Of a stretch of DNA of 64,000 bases, positions 13,188 to 24,525 are shown one piece after another; positions within the stretch are counted from its first letter, which is position 1, and each line of letters opens with the position of its first letter. A program made the translations under genes and the position numbers. This stretch comes from Lama glama (Eukaryota), in assembly GCA_028534125.1 (NCBI GenBank), contig CM052825.1, positions 620,001-684,000 on the forward strand. Reading direction: 5' to 3'. The notes beneath the pieces were generated by a model, which searched no databases, had not been told where the DNA came from, and worked only from the letters and a program-made list of their open reading frames with translations.

Positions 13188-15354
13188 GTAAGAACCGCCG
13201 TTTCTGCTGGAGCAGCGCAGGCATCAGAGCTCCCGGCTGGAAGGCAGGACAGACGGCCGTGCGGGAAAATGCAAGCAGTTTCATGTGAAGTTAAACACTT
13301 ACCCTGAGAACTGGCAGACCTGCTCTGCGTGCTCACCCAAGAAAAGAAAGTGCTCAAGTGAAAACTACATTCAAATTCTAAAAAGCAGCTTTATTCATAG
13401 AGTCAAAACCCCAACGTTACTCAAACGGAGTGGCCGTCCACACAGCAAGTCCTGCTCAGAGGTGAGGGGCCAGCCCTCTGCCAGGGCAGCATCACAGCAG
13501 GTGCCAAGAACAGGTGGCTCACACGCCCTGGACGTCCGCAGGGGTGGAAAGGGACCACCAGGACAGGCACCGGGGTTCTGGGGTGCCCTGCGTGCAGGGG
13601 GGCTTGTGGGGCTGGATGTCCAGGCCCACGGCCCCCATGGTCTAGGAGCAGGTCTGGACACTGGCCTGGACATCGCTCCATGACTCTCACCTCAGCTGGA
13701 AAGTGGTTTCACACGTGTACCTGCTTCGTGCGGAAAACCAAGGTCTGAGCAAACCTTCACACAGAAGGTGCTCCGACCTGTGCACGTGGGGACACCCCAC
13801 GCGTGGAGACAGTTTGTCCACCATGGCCCCAACTCCTGGGAGCCCGTCTGCTCTCTCCTCTGAGGACCCCCAAGTCCACGGTCTCCCACCGGACAGCTCA
13901 CACCGTGGGGGAGGATGACCCCGTGAAGCTGGAGCCCCTTTCGCCCCAAGGCAGGCCTGGGCTGGAGAGAAGCACTCAACTCGGCGAGGAGCAGGCAAGG
14001 GCTTCCGGTCGGCAGAGTCCGGGACGCACTCCGGGCCCAGCTTGGACTCGCGCCCTCCCTCCGCCTGGCTGGGCGACATGGGACGCGGGGCCCGCCAGCA
14101 CATTAGGTCACACCCACAACTGGGTGGCCCCTGATAAAGAATGCCCCAAATGCCACCAGCAAGGACAAGGGCGTTTGCTCCAGAAGGCCTGAAATGCTGG
14201 CCAGCCTGAGGCTGTTTCCTGCACCAGGGTCAGTGGTTCACAGCATCTTCTTTCCAATTTGCCTTCATCAAGGAAACACTCCAAGTCACTTCCTCTCGGT
14301 CTGGCCACCAGTCCTAGGTGTGACGTCACTCAGGGAGTCACTGACCCCTGAGCCCCGGCAGGTGGAAGACGTCATGACCCCCTGCGGCACACGGGCCCCG
14401 CCACCCCCACAGGCTGGCGGGACGAGAGCAGGGTGCGCACGGGCACGGCTCTCCAGGAAAGCAAGCAAGCAGCCATGTCGCGGCAGACACAGGTTAGTCA
14501 GTGTTCATGTGGCACACGAGCCTGCCACACACACGTGTGCTGAGACAGCCAGCCAGAGGAGCCACGGTGGACCCACGTCTGCACAGACCCCCGCCCACTG
14601 CCCGTGGTCACCATGCAATGGAGCCGGCCTGGCGCAGAGTGAGGACGAGCCTTGGCACACCCGCCGTAGGCTGGGGGCCCGTCCCCAGCAGGGGGAGCCA
14701 CGCCCGCCTTTCAGCGTTTCATTGGGTCCGTCCCCAGTTTTTCCTGCTCGCAATGGCTTTGAACAAACAGCAGTGTGGTCTGCCAGCCTCGCCTGCTGTT
14801 TGGCTGAAATCTAAGGAGGGGGCGACATGTACACAGAAACGAGGTTTTTCCCGTGGCAAGGCCAGGCCAGGAGGGCTGAGCCCTCGCTCCTGGACTCCAG
14901 CTCTGAGCAGAGTCCCCACAAGTGGGCCAGAGCTGGTGACACCTGCAGTGCGGGCACTAGCCGCTCCCCTGGAGGGCAGGGGCCTGGGTGTGGAAAGCAG
15001 GACAATGGGCTCAAAACGGAAGCCCTAGCCCTCCTGCCTGGACACCCCCCATGGAACCCTGTTTGGGAGACAGGGGCCCGGCACACATCTGCTCTAGGGG
15101 CGGGACGGGGAAAGCGGTTTGTCAGCAATGAGGGGAGGGGGTGCTAGAGGGGTGGGGTGAGGAGTCTCCCCAGGATCCACCCCGCAGGGAAGATGGCTGT
15201 TAATACCACGCCCCATGCCCTCACCCTCCGCGGGAAAGGGGGCAAGACCCAGAAATATCTTTAACGAGGTCCCAGACTGTCCCGAACCCAGGGGGCAGCC
15301 TGACGCTAGGCCCACGTCCCCCGCTGCTTCTGTTCCAGGTGGGACCCGGCCGAG

Positions 15355-16344
15355 ATGAGCACCCACAACATGTCCTGGATCCGGTATCCAAGCCGCGTCT
15401 CCACGGCTGTGGAAGAGGTCATAGCCGCGCAGAGCCTCGTGTCCAGGTGCGCGCTTGTCTACACGGCACTGTTCCTACCGCTGAGCCTGGCGGCCGGGCT
15501 CTTCAACTTGACCACCTTTGTCCGAGGCCGCGCCAGGCTGCAGGGCCTGGATGCCTGCCTGGTGGACCTCACTGCCACTGGTCTGCTGGTGACACTGCTC
15601 TCGCTCACAGCGATTGGCCGGCCAGACTACCTGGCCACGACCCACCTGGGCTGTGCCGTTCTGTCCCTCGTGTTCAACATCTGCTACTTCAACGCGCAGT
15701 ACGTGCAGGTGGCCATGCTCTCCGCGTTCCTGCTGCAGTGCCCGTCCTGCCTGCGCGCGGCCCCCCAAGGGGCCCAGAGGCCCGCAGCCAGCCTGGCTGC
15801 CGTTGGGGGCTGTGCCATCTGCAGCTCCCTGGGAGTGGTGGCCCTCCTGGGCACGTCCGGGGAGCTTTACGAACCCACTCTGTGCCAGGTGGACCCACTG
15901 ACCGCCTGGCCCGAGTACGAGATCGTGAAGGTCAGCCTGGGCCTCGGGCTGGCCCTCGTCCTGAAGCTTGTGCTCCTCACCCTGCTTGGCATCCAGCGGG
16001 CTGGCTGGGCGGCTCTGCCCCAGGGGGACGCGGGCTCAGCTCACTGCTGGGTGGTTCTGGCCATCACCCTGGCCTCATTCGCCTGCCGCCTCCTCTACAA
16101 CACCGCGCTTGTCCAGCGGGCCCGGCTGAAGCTGCGGAGGGACATCGGTGCCCCCCGGGACGAGCTGCTCATGAACCTGGCGGAGCTGGCCCTGTTTGGG
16201 GAGAGCTGTGCAATTGCCCTGGCCACCCTCCTCCTCCACCGGCCATGCAGGCAGGCCCTGCTGAGCCTCCCAGAGCGGCTCACCCAAAGGTGCCGGAGGA
16301 GAGAGGCCAGCAACAACTTCTCCCTGAATAGAGTGGGGAGTTAA
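15355..16344 (+). CDS. orphan rhodopsin-like 7TM receptor (329 aa), GPR146/GPER1-related; probable ortholog of mouse C130050O18Rik
   Basis: Uninterrupted 329-codon ORF with GC3-rich codons, preceded by an acceptor (ccgctgcttctgttccAG, exon starts 15339) and gagATG. Seven hydrophobic segments with class A spacing, N-terminal sequon NMS, C3.25 (LGCAVLSL), ECL2 Cys (TLCQVD), TM7 ELALFGESC resembling GPER1 NLAAFSNSC, and helix-8-like RPCRQAL. Confidence 0.88.
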   Translation: MSTHNMSWIRYPSRVSTAVEEVIAAQSLVSRCALVYTALFLPLSLAAGLFNLTTFVRGRARLQGLDACLVDLTATGLLVTLLSLTAIGRPDYLATTHLGCAVLSLVFNICYFNAQYVQVAMLSAFLLQCPSCLRAAPQGAQRPAASLAAVGGCAICSSLGVVALLGTSGELYEPTLCQVDPLTAWPEYEIVKVSLGLGLALVLKLVLLTLLGIQRAGWAALPQGDAGSAHCWVVLAITLASFACRLLYNTALVQRARLKLRRDIGAPRDELLMNLAELALFGESCAIALATLLLHRPCRQALLSLPERLTQRCRRREASNNFSLNRVGS

Positions 16345-17601
16345 GTCGGAGCCCCTACCTCCCAACACAAGCCACACAGGCCAGTGAGGGCCTCTTCCTG
16401 GCTCTGCCAAGACTCAGAGCGACTTGCTCAGAGTCAGCAGGGATGACGGTCTGTCTAGGAGGCACTTAGAAATCAGCTTGATGGGCAACTCAGTTTCTGC
16501 AAAAGCGAGACAGCTCAGCCCAAACCAACACTCACACCTGATGGAATGAGTCTGGAGGGGGCAGGTGCTGGCAACACACCTGACCCAGGCGGGAGGTTCT
16601 ACCTCGTCTGCAAGCCGGCACCTCTCCCCCGCGCCAGCGAAGGGCAAAGAGGGAACCCTGAAAATAGAGACGTTATTTAGGTAACTTGATGGCCACACTA
16701 TACTCTGGCCCTGAATGGCCAGGCTGGTTAACTTCCAGCACCGCCAGCAAGTGGGGGCAGTGCAGACGTCTCCAAAGGCTTGTTTTGTCCTCAAATGTAC
16801 CACCCCTGGAGGTCTGCGGTCTGGTCCCCATGACCTGGTGGACAGGAGGTGGCCGTCCCGGGGTGATCAGTGAAAGTGGTTTCCAAAGTCTCAGCTGTTC
16901 TGTTTGATGTTATCTGCAGAAAGTGAAACATCAGGATGCAGAGCATGGTGATCAGTCTCATTCCATTGTTGTCGCTGGCTTTATGTTAAGATTCTCTTGG
17001 TTGACTAGAGCACAGAGACATGCAAAGAATGGCATCTCTCTGGCTGCATAAGACCTACACCTTTAATAGTTAAAAAAAAAAAAAAAAGAAGCTAGGACCT
17101 TACTTTTTTAGAGCATTTTTCAGACGCAGCAAAATTAGGAAATTGCCTGTTTGCCTCCTGCCCCGAAACATGCACAGCCACCCTCTCAAGGGGGTGCGAC
17201 AGCCCATGAGTACGTGGACACGTCACCGTCGCCCAAGGCCTCGGGTAGATCAGGGTCCACCCTGGGTGCCGCCCATCCTGTGGTTTGGACAGAGGTACAA
17301 CGGCGTGCGTCCTTCACTGTCCAATCAAATGGGAGAGTTTCGCTGCCCTAAAACCCCCAGCCCTCCGCCTGCAGCTTGACCCTGACCCTCCCCGGCGCCC
17401 GCCGAGCCTCTCGCTGTCTCCACAGGTCTGCCGTCTCCAGGCCACGTACTAGAATCACAGAGCGGAGCCTGGTCAGGCGGGCTGAGGCCACACACTAAGG
17501 TGCAGCTTGGAAGCTCGCTTCTCTCTAACGCTGAGCGATACTCCGTTGTTGCGATAGCTTCTATTGTAGTGAATATTTTAATGTTAATCTGCAACCCAAA
17601 G

Positions 17602-17607
17602 AATAAA
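17602..17607 (+). terminator. candidate polyadenylation signal of the orphan 7TM gene
   Basis: AATAAA followed by a CA and a T/GT-rich element (ttttgagtgttctc), ~1.26 kb after the stop. Confidence 0.55.
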
Positions 17608-20600
17608 AACACAGCTTTTGAGTGTTCTCAGTACTGAGTACTTCTCAGTACTGATGTATTCGCATTCCTTATTTGGAAGGAAAGCGATTTGGACCTTAAC
17701 AGTCAGGCGGCTTCTGTAATACGCCATTAAAACACTCAATGCTTTTTACAGAGAACCCCCTTCTACGACTTCTTCGTTTACTCGCACGTTCATAAAACCT
17801 TCCTGTGGCCTCTGTGCAGCACGCCCAGAGGAGGGCCTGGCGTGTCCCCGCCCACCTGGGCCAAGCCCGGGGCCGCGTGGGAAGGCCGCTTCTTCACGGA
17901 CAGTCACTGACGGCTAGACGCAGGCCCTGAGTTTCTTGCTGAGAACTTTAAGGAGCACTGAAGTTGGCTCGGGTGCGTGGGTTTCGATGAGCAGGCCGGC
18001 GGCATTCTTTGCAGAGCTGTGTTTGAGCCTTGTCAGCCGGGGTCTGGGGTTGCTGTAACACTCAGGTCCTGTCCGGGGCCCACCTGTCACGGTGAGTTCC
18101 GTGAGGATGGGTGAGGGCAGTGCCCAGCCCACCGTGGGCTCCTCAGAGCCGCCCCCAGCTCAGCGGGGGGACACCTGTGCTCTGTAGGCACAGGACTGGC
18201 CTGAGGTTCCAGGGGCGGCCACCCAGACCGAGGTCTGGGAGCTCCTTGTCAGCATGGCTGCCTCCCTCCAGGACTGCCCGCAGCCTCCCAGAAAGCCCTC
18301 TCGTGCCCGCCCCCACCCCGCCCCCTTGCAAGGGGAATGCCCCAGGAAGGTAGGTGGGTGGGTCTCACACCTCCTTTCAGCAGCGGGAGCCTCACTTCAA
18401 GCAAGCCCAGAGGGAAACAGGGCTGCTCTTAAGGCAACAATACTTCAACAAAAAACAATAAACAAAGAAAATGGGCTGCTCTGGCTGGAGGGGAGGGTGA
18501 AGAGACAGACCACAGAGAGGTAGAGGGGGCACCCAGACCCCACCCCCCGGCCCACTGGCCTGGTCCACTCCTCCAGGCGTCCGTGACCACGGGACCTCAG
18601 GGAGCCATGGGAACATGCAGGCTTCCTGGCAGCAGGAGGGCGTGCACTCCAGGAGGAAGCCTGCATGACCCCCGGGCCTAAAGACAGATCAGAACTGACC
18701 CGGTCGGGTGAAGCCACTTCCCAGGGCCCCTCACCTTTCCCCAAGGACACCGTTGGGGGCCACCAAGGTGGGGCTGGGACAAAGACTGCTGGCATCCTGG
18801 AACATTCCACCCATAAACCCCCAGTGCTGGGCAGCCCCCCCAGGCAGCCCCGTGTTCTGGTGGCCGCCGGCACATCCTGCTCGGAGGGTTTGAGGAACCC
18901 GGCAACAGCCAAGAGGGCCCAGCTGCCGAACGTCAACACCAGCGAAGCTGCAGGCGGGAGACCTGGGGCACCGAACCCGCCCAGGACCCACAGGCTGTGC
19001 CCACGCCTGCACACGCACAGGACCGGGACGGAGCCCACAGCACAGGCCCAGGTGGCGTCCAGACAAGCTCAGTGAGGGACACTCCAGGAGCCGCCCTCCC
19101 CCTACAGGGCTGCCAGGCCCCGCACGCAGACACCCCCTGGCAAAAGGCCCCGATGGAGCACAGCCCTCGGCCAGGGCATGCGCAAGCGGCCAGAGCTCTG
19201 GCCCAGGACCGCCGGGGCACTTGGTCAGCCTCACACGGAAACAGCACCCTCCTCCAGGCACAGGAGGGTGCACCCTGCTCCCCCGACTCTGGACATCGGA
19301 GAGAAGGCACAGACACCGTGCGTGAGGGGTCACCACTGCAGAAGCAGCTTCTCTGAGGGCGCCGGCCCTGCCCCTGCCATGCAGCTGCGCAGGCTCCTGG
19401 CTCCCACAGCTGGAGCCTCACAAGTAAACCAAATCTCGCCAATGCTCCTCGCACACTGGACTGACACGAGTGCCCAGGGAAGACAGAGAAGCAGCTCCTG
19501 GGACCGACTCTGCTCACAGCTGATGGGCAGCACGGGACTGAGGAAGATCTGACAGCTGTGCTTCACTCTGCTCACATCACCCGCGTCATGATGAACACAG
19601 GGGCGCAGGAAGAGGGGATGAGGCCCAGGGCCACATGGCGTCAGTTCTGAGCGTCCCCACTGCACTGTGACCCACGGGGGGATTCCCACTCCTGGAGGGG
19701 AGGGCACAACACAGGCCCGGAGCCTCAGCCGTACTCGGGGAGGGGCTGGGCTGCGTTTGCAAATTTAAACACGTGGAGGCTGATCATCTAGGGTTCCCTG
19801 TGAGGAACCCAGGCACCGCGCTCCATGGAGGTGCCTACTCGGGATGGTTGGGCCGACGTGGCAAGTGCTGGTGTGGAGATGAGACCTCCGGCTCAGAGTC
19901 TGGGCAGGTGGGCCAAGTCCCAGCTCTGAGGTCCTGGTTAAGCCATTTCTCTGGGCTCCGTTTTCCTGGCTAAGTGGGAACAGCAGCAGCCTCTAGCTCT
20001 TGGGAGCTTCCCGAGGATCCCCGAGGTGGTGGACATCACACACCCACCACAGTGCCCAGCTCGGGGTGAGCACTTGCTAGGAGGTCTTCATGCTCTACCC
20101 AAACCTCCAAGAGTCCTCTCACCCCTCTCCCTGCAGCACCAACCAGGGTTCAGTGGACAAGCCCCCAAATCGGGGTCCCGGCCCTCACACCAAGCAGCCA
20201 CATGGGGTCGATCTCCTCAACCATCTGGTGCTCTGGGAAAAAGGGGGGCCCCATGAGCTCGCAGCCCCAGCTCAGCTCCAATTCTGAGCTTCAAGCACGA
20301 AAACCAGGGTTCCAGACACAGGACCACGGGCCCCAAGGCGAATCAGCAGGGAACACGGGAGTCGCCAGCGGACACGCAGGGCCAGTGGCACAGCCACAGG
20401 TTGGGCTCCTATCCGGGGTGGGCAGCTGTTCTTCAAGTGACGGGACTTGGATATTTCAGGTCTGAATTTTTGTTTTGCCTATTTATTTATTTAACTAGAG
20501 AGGAAGCTGTACTTTCTCATGACTCATGTCTCTCAAAATGGTGTCTCCAGCATTTTTAATGCTCAAATCATCTTGAATTTTGGAGCTGGCCAAAAATAGG

Positions 20601-20909
20601 TCTAAAATCAAATCAGCCTCATTTATGTCATTCAAATGTTTAAAAAGTGAACAGAGTAGAATCACAGCTGGAAAAAACCAAGAGAATTAATATTTTTCCA
20701 TAAAAAATTCAACACAGTATTCTCTGTTAAAACATGTGTACGTCTCCCAGAAAGCGCACCCAGCACTGTCAAATCACCAGCACTCAGAAGGCCTCCTAGC
20801 CCACTGGCACTCGCTCATGGCGGAGCTGAGGGGCCCAGGGACTGAACTGTGCCTGACGGCCTGTCCCAGCATCCAGCAGCTGTGGGGTCTCTTGCCACCC
20901 CCAGCCCCT

Positions 20910-21164
20910 CCCCCCAGGAGGGGCACAGGCCAGCCCTGCTCCCCCCAATTCCCCCGGAGGGGCACAGGCCAGCCCAGCTCCCCCCCACCCAGGAGGGGCA
21001 CTGGTGGCTCAGCTCCCCCTAACCCAGGAGGGGCACAGGCCAGCCCAGCTCCCCCCAATCCCCCAGGAGGGGCACAGGCCAGCCCAGCTCCCCCCAGCCC
21101 AGGAGGGGCACAGGTGGCCCAGCTCTGCGCCACCCCCCACCCCCCGGAAGGGCACCGGCTGGCC
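20910..21164. repeat. minisatellite, ~7 copies of a 35-44 bp unit (cccaggaggggcacaggccagcccagctcccccc)
   Basis: Core ggaggggcac recurs at about 20917, 20956, 20992, 21027, 21066, 21102 and 21146 (variant). Confidence 0.9.
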
Positions 21165-22076
21165 TTGTGGAGCTCACTCAGCAGCAACCTGCTTCATTCA
21201 CGTTCCGTCATCCAAAGACCACTCAGAGCTCAGTCTCACAGCTTCAAAAAACTCCGAAAGGTAGAAAGACACCAAGAGGAAAATACGAGGTGGATTAAAA
21301 TGCAACGTTTAGGAAAACCACACGTCTTGTGGCAGCTGCCGGGGCACCGCAGGCCCGCTGGCCTCACAGCCCCGCACTGCACGCGGCTGGGACACCTGGG
21401 CCCTTGGGGCGGGGCTGGCCCACCAGCCTCTCCAAGCCGATGGTAAACTTCCAACCACCAGCAGGGGGGGTGCTTGGTCAGTCAGCACTGGGGACCAAGG
21501 GACTGGCTTATCCTGACGGCACAGCACACAGGCAGGCAGAGAGCAGAAGGGCGGCGGCCGGGCAGGGACAGGGCCTCTTGGTCAGCACTCGCCAGCCCGG
21601 GCACTCAGGTGGTTTCAGGAGCAAAGGGCCAGGGAGCTGAGACAGGCAAGCCGGGGAGCAGGGTAACCACCGACTCCTAACTCACCTGCCCAAGTGCCTG
21701 CAATTCTGGGGTTCAACTTCCTTCTACAAAGTTCTTGTGAAATTTCTAGGTTAAGTTCTCTACATATAATTCACACAGCTCCTGTCTGAACTTCTGACTT
21801 TCCGTGTTTAGTCTCAAAGGTGGTCCACGGCTAAAACAAGCAAGAATATTTAAGTTTCAACAAAGGATGATAGGCTACTATCCAAAAGATAAAACAAGAT
21901 CTGTTTACCATCCCTTCAAACTTAAAAAAAGGTTCCTACCAGTGGATGAAGCACAGCAGTTAAACTGGAGCCTCCAGGAAAACACTCAGTGGGCTGAGCT
22001 CCCTGCCACGGCACGGGAGAAAAACAGCCGGCAAAAAAGCGGTTAACGCAGGCCTTCAGGGAGGCCGCCCAGTGCC

Positions 22077-22304
22077 TATAAAGGCTGCCGCCACCGGGGG
22101 CTGGCCTCTCCTCTCCTCTCCCGATGGCCCAGGGCTGAGGGCTGAGGGCTGAGGGCGCCGGCAGGGCCCTGCTCACCAGTCTCTGCCCTCTTCTCCGGCA
22201 TCCCTCGAAGGGCCCCACTCCACCCCAGGTCCAGAACTCAGGCCCCCGCCGGCCGGGAGCACACCCCTGAGGCTGGCCGAGAAGGTCTGCGCAGAGGGAC
22301 ACAG
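22077..22304 (+). promoter_or_regulatory. GPER1: candidate GPER1 TATA box and non-coding first exon
   Basis: cctATAAAgg (TATAAA 22077-22082), then a GC-rich segment ending in donor CAG|GTGAGC at 22304/22305, 1.9 kb upstream of the coding-exon acceptor. Confidence 0.55.
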
Positions 22305-23235
22305 GTGAGCACGTCCCAGGTTCGGGGTTCGCGTCTGGGTCGGTGCCGGGATGGAGGTGGGGGTGGGGACAGTCTGGCCGGGGCGCAGCACAAGGTGGCG
22401 GCAGGCGGAGCAGACGTGGACCAACACGGGCACCCTCAGCGTGACTTCAGGGAGGGCGGCTCGTGTGAAGGCCCCGTTTATAATGCAGGCCCAAAATAAC
22501 ACCATCCGGCTTTTCTGTCAGGGTTGCTCAAGCAGGGCCTGTCTCACTTCGGGTGCGTGAGGCCGCTGGGCCCTGCCCGACGGCCCGACTCCACTCACTG
22601 CCCCAGCCTAGACGCCCGCCCGGCCTGGAGGGTGGCAGGTAGTTACCACTCCGTCACAGAGACACGCACCTGGTGGCGCTGACAGCGGCGGCTCTCTGAA
22701 ACAAGATGACCGCCAGCGCTTCAGTGTTCACCTTCACAGTGAGTTCAGGGCCAGCTTCCATGAGGGAAGTGTCAGCAGTGAGGGTTATACCAGGTCCTTA
22801 TCTTTTCAGACCATCATGAAAACAGTGTTTGTCAAGGATCAACAGACGCATCCCCACGGGGAGGAGGAGCCCGTGTCTGCCCAGCACAGGGGAGGGAGCA
22901 GGTGCGCCGAGGGTCTGCCCACCTGTGAGCGTTCCGCCAGGAAGTCTGAAACTTTCCAGAGTGCCCCCGCTTAAAGAGTGAAACAGATCCTCTGCGTAGT
23001 TTCCCCGAAGAAATTAAAACACAGAGGCTTTAAACATTACAGGGAGAACCTGAGAACAGCAGCATTTGTGTGGTTCAAATCGGTATCACCTACGAAAGAT
23101 GAAGAACACAAAACCACCAATAAAATCCAACTTATCGACCCCAGCAAAGCAAAGGTTGCGGAATCTTTTTAAAGTAATAACTGATACCACGCTCGTGCTT
23201 TATCATTTTTCTTTTCCTTCCCTTTTCCCCCAAAG

Positions 23236-23254
23236 CGGCACTTTCAAGCAATAG
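23236..23254 (+). other. candidate 19-nt 5' UTR microexon of GPER1
   Basis: Long polypyrimidine tract (23206-23231), AG at 23234-35, then a perfect AG|GTGAGT donor at 23254/23255. Confidence 0.4.
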
Positions 23255-24225
23255 GTGAGTGTCTGGTCTGCGTCAGCAACACCTTGGCCACGACCCCTAA
23301 CGACCTCACAGGAGAGGTGATGCCTTCCCAGTGGGGTCGCCAGGGCTCCTCAGACCAGCAGAGCCCATGGGGGGCCGGCAGCAGCCCCTCCCCAGGTGCC
23401 GGTCGACTCCGTGGGTCACCGCTGGGGAGGGGATGCAGACGGCCAGCTCCCGGCCTCGCGGTCCGGCCAAGCCCGTGAAGGGCCAGGGCACCAGCCCATC
23501 AGAAGCAAAGGTCCAGGAGGATTTCTTCACCTGCCTCCAGGTCCCAGTTTCTAGACTGCAAACAGCAGCAAAAAAAAAAAAAAGAAAAAAGAAAAAGAAA
23601 AGGAAAAGGAAATGATTTTACAATAATTTGTCAAAACATGGAAAAAATTTTAATATTATTTTCTAAAGTAATTACTATTTTTATTCCTTACGTCCTCTTT
23701 TTCGTTTCATATTATGAAAAAAGTTTCACTTTCGGCACCCAAACTTAGGATTAGCAAAAAAGCTCCCTTTCTGATCCATTTGATTGTCAGGAAGAGGCTC
23801 TGCTCCCGTTCCCACAAAGCGTTCATTTTGCGCACTCGCGCACTCTCGCAGAAGCCAGCCTTCCCCCCGCCATCCGCCTTCTCTTTCCAACGGTGGCCGA
23901 GACCAGCTCACCTCCTCTCCTGACCAATCCCGACAGGTTTCCCAGGGCCTCCACGCCACGTCCACATCCTCCACCAGCCTGCACCCGCTGCGCATGAGGA
24001 GTCACATCGGCCTCCACTTAGACGAACGGCCCGGAGCCCTCAGGGGGGAGAAGGGGGTGTTTTCTGATCCTCCTGCTTTGGCTGGGCAACAGCCACCTGT
24101 CTGAGCAGAGCGGACGAGGTCCTGCCTTCCCCGCGCCCTGCACTGCCTCGTAGCCCTGCAGCTACCCCGCCTCGCTGGAAGCCTTAGTGACACGTAGCCT
24201 GTGCCCTCTGCTCTCGCTCCCCCAG

Positions 24226-24525
24226 GTGCCCAGCGTTAGGAGCCCCGAGGACATAGCAGCCACGCCCCAGAGGCCAGGCGGACACACGTGCCCCCCCACG
24301 CAGACACTGTCACCTCCTCCATTTGCTCAACTTTCTGCAAATCAAACTCAAATTGCACAAGTGCCACCTGTGAGCAGCTGCGACCTCACGTGTCTAGCTC
24401 ACGTCAAAGAGCCCCACCTTTCCTCCTCAGGATGGACTCACCACTGAACAAGGGCTTCTGGGAGCCCTGTGGCAAATCCTAGGGCCCCGCGCGAGGGGAC
24501 GAGGCGCGAGCCCCGCGCCCGCGGC
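24226..24525 (+). other. GPER1: GPER1 5' UTR part of the coding exon
   Basis: Acceptor ctctgctctcgctcccccAG at 24224-25. The exon start gtgcccag resembles the human exon start gtacccag as I recall it. Confidence 0.6.
24432..24482 (+). other. upstream ORF ([16 protein letters not shown]) in the GPER1 leader
   Basis: AGGATGG strong Kozak context, 16 codons, TAG ending 43 nt before the main ATG. Confidence 0.6.

Noticed and set aside
15339-16331. 330-aa alternative-frame ORF overlapping the orphan receptor
   Set aside because: GTG start and low-complexity P/G/R/A composition. Typical shadow frame of a GC3-rich CDS.
20910-21164. Repeat arrays as CRISPR-like
   Set aside because: Mammalian minisatellites with no unique spacers and no cas genes.
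24469-24525. GTG-initiated extension of GPER1
   Set aside because: Bacterial-style start call that overlaps the uORF stop; no support.
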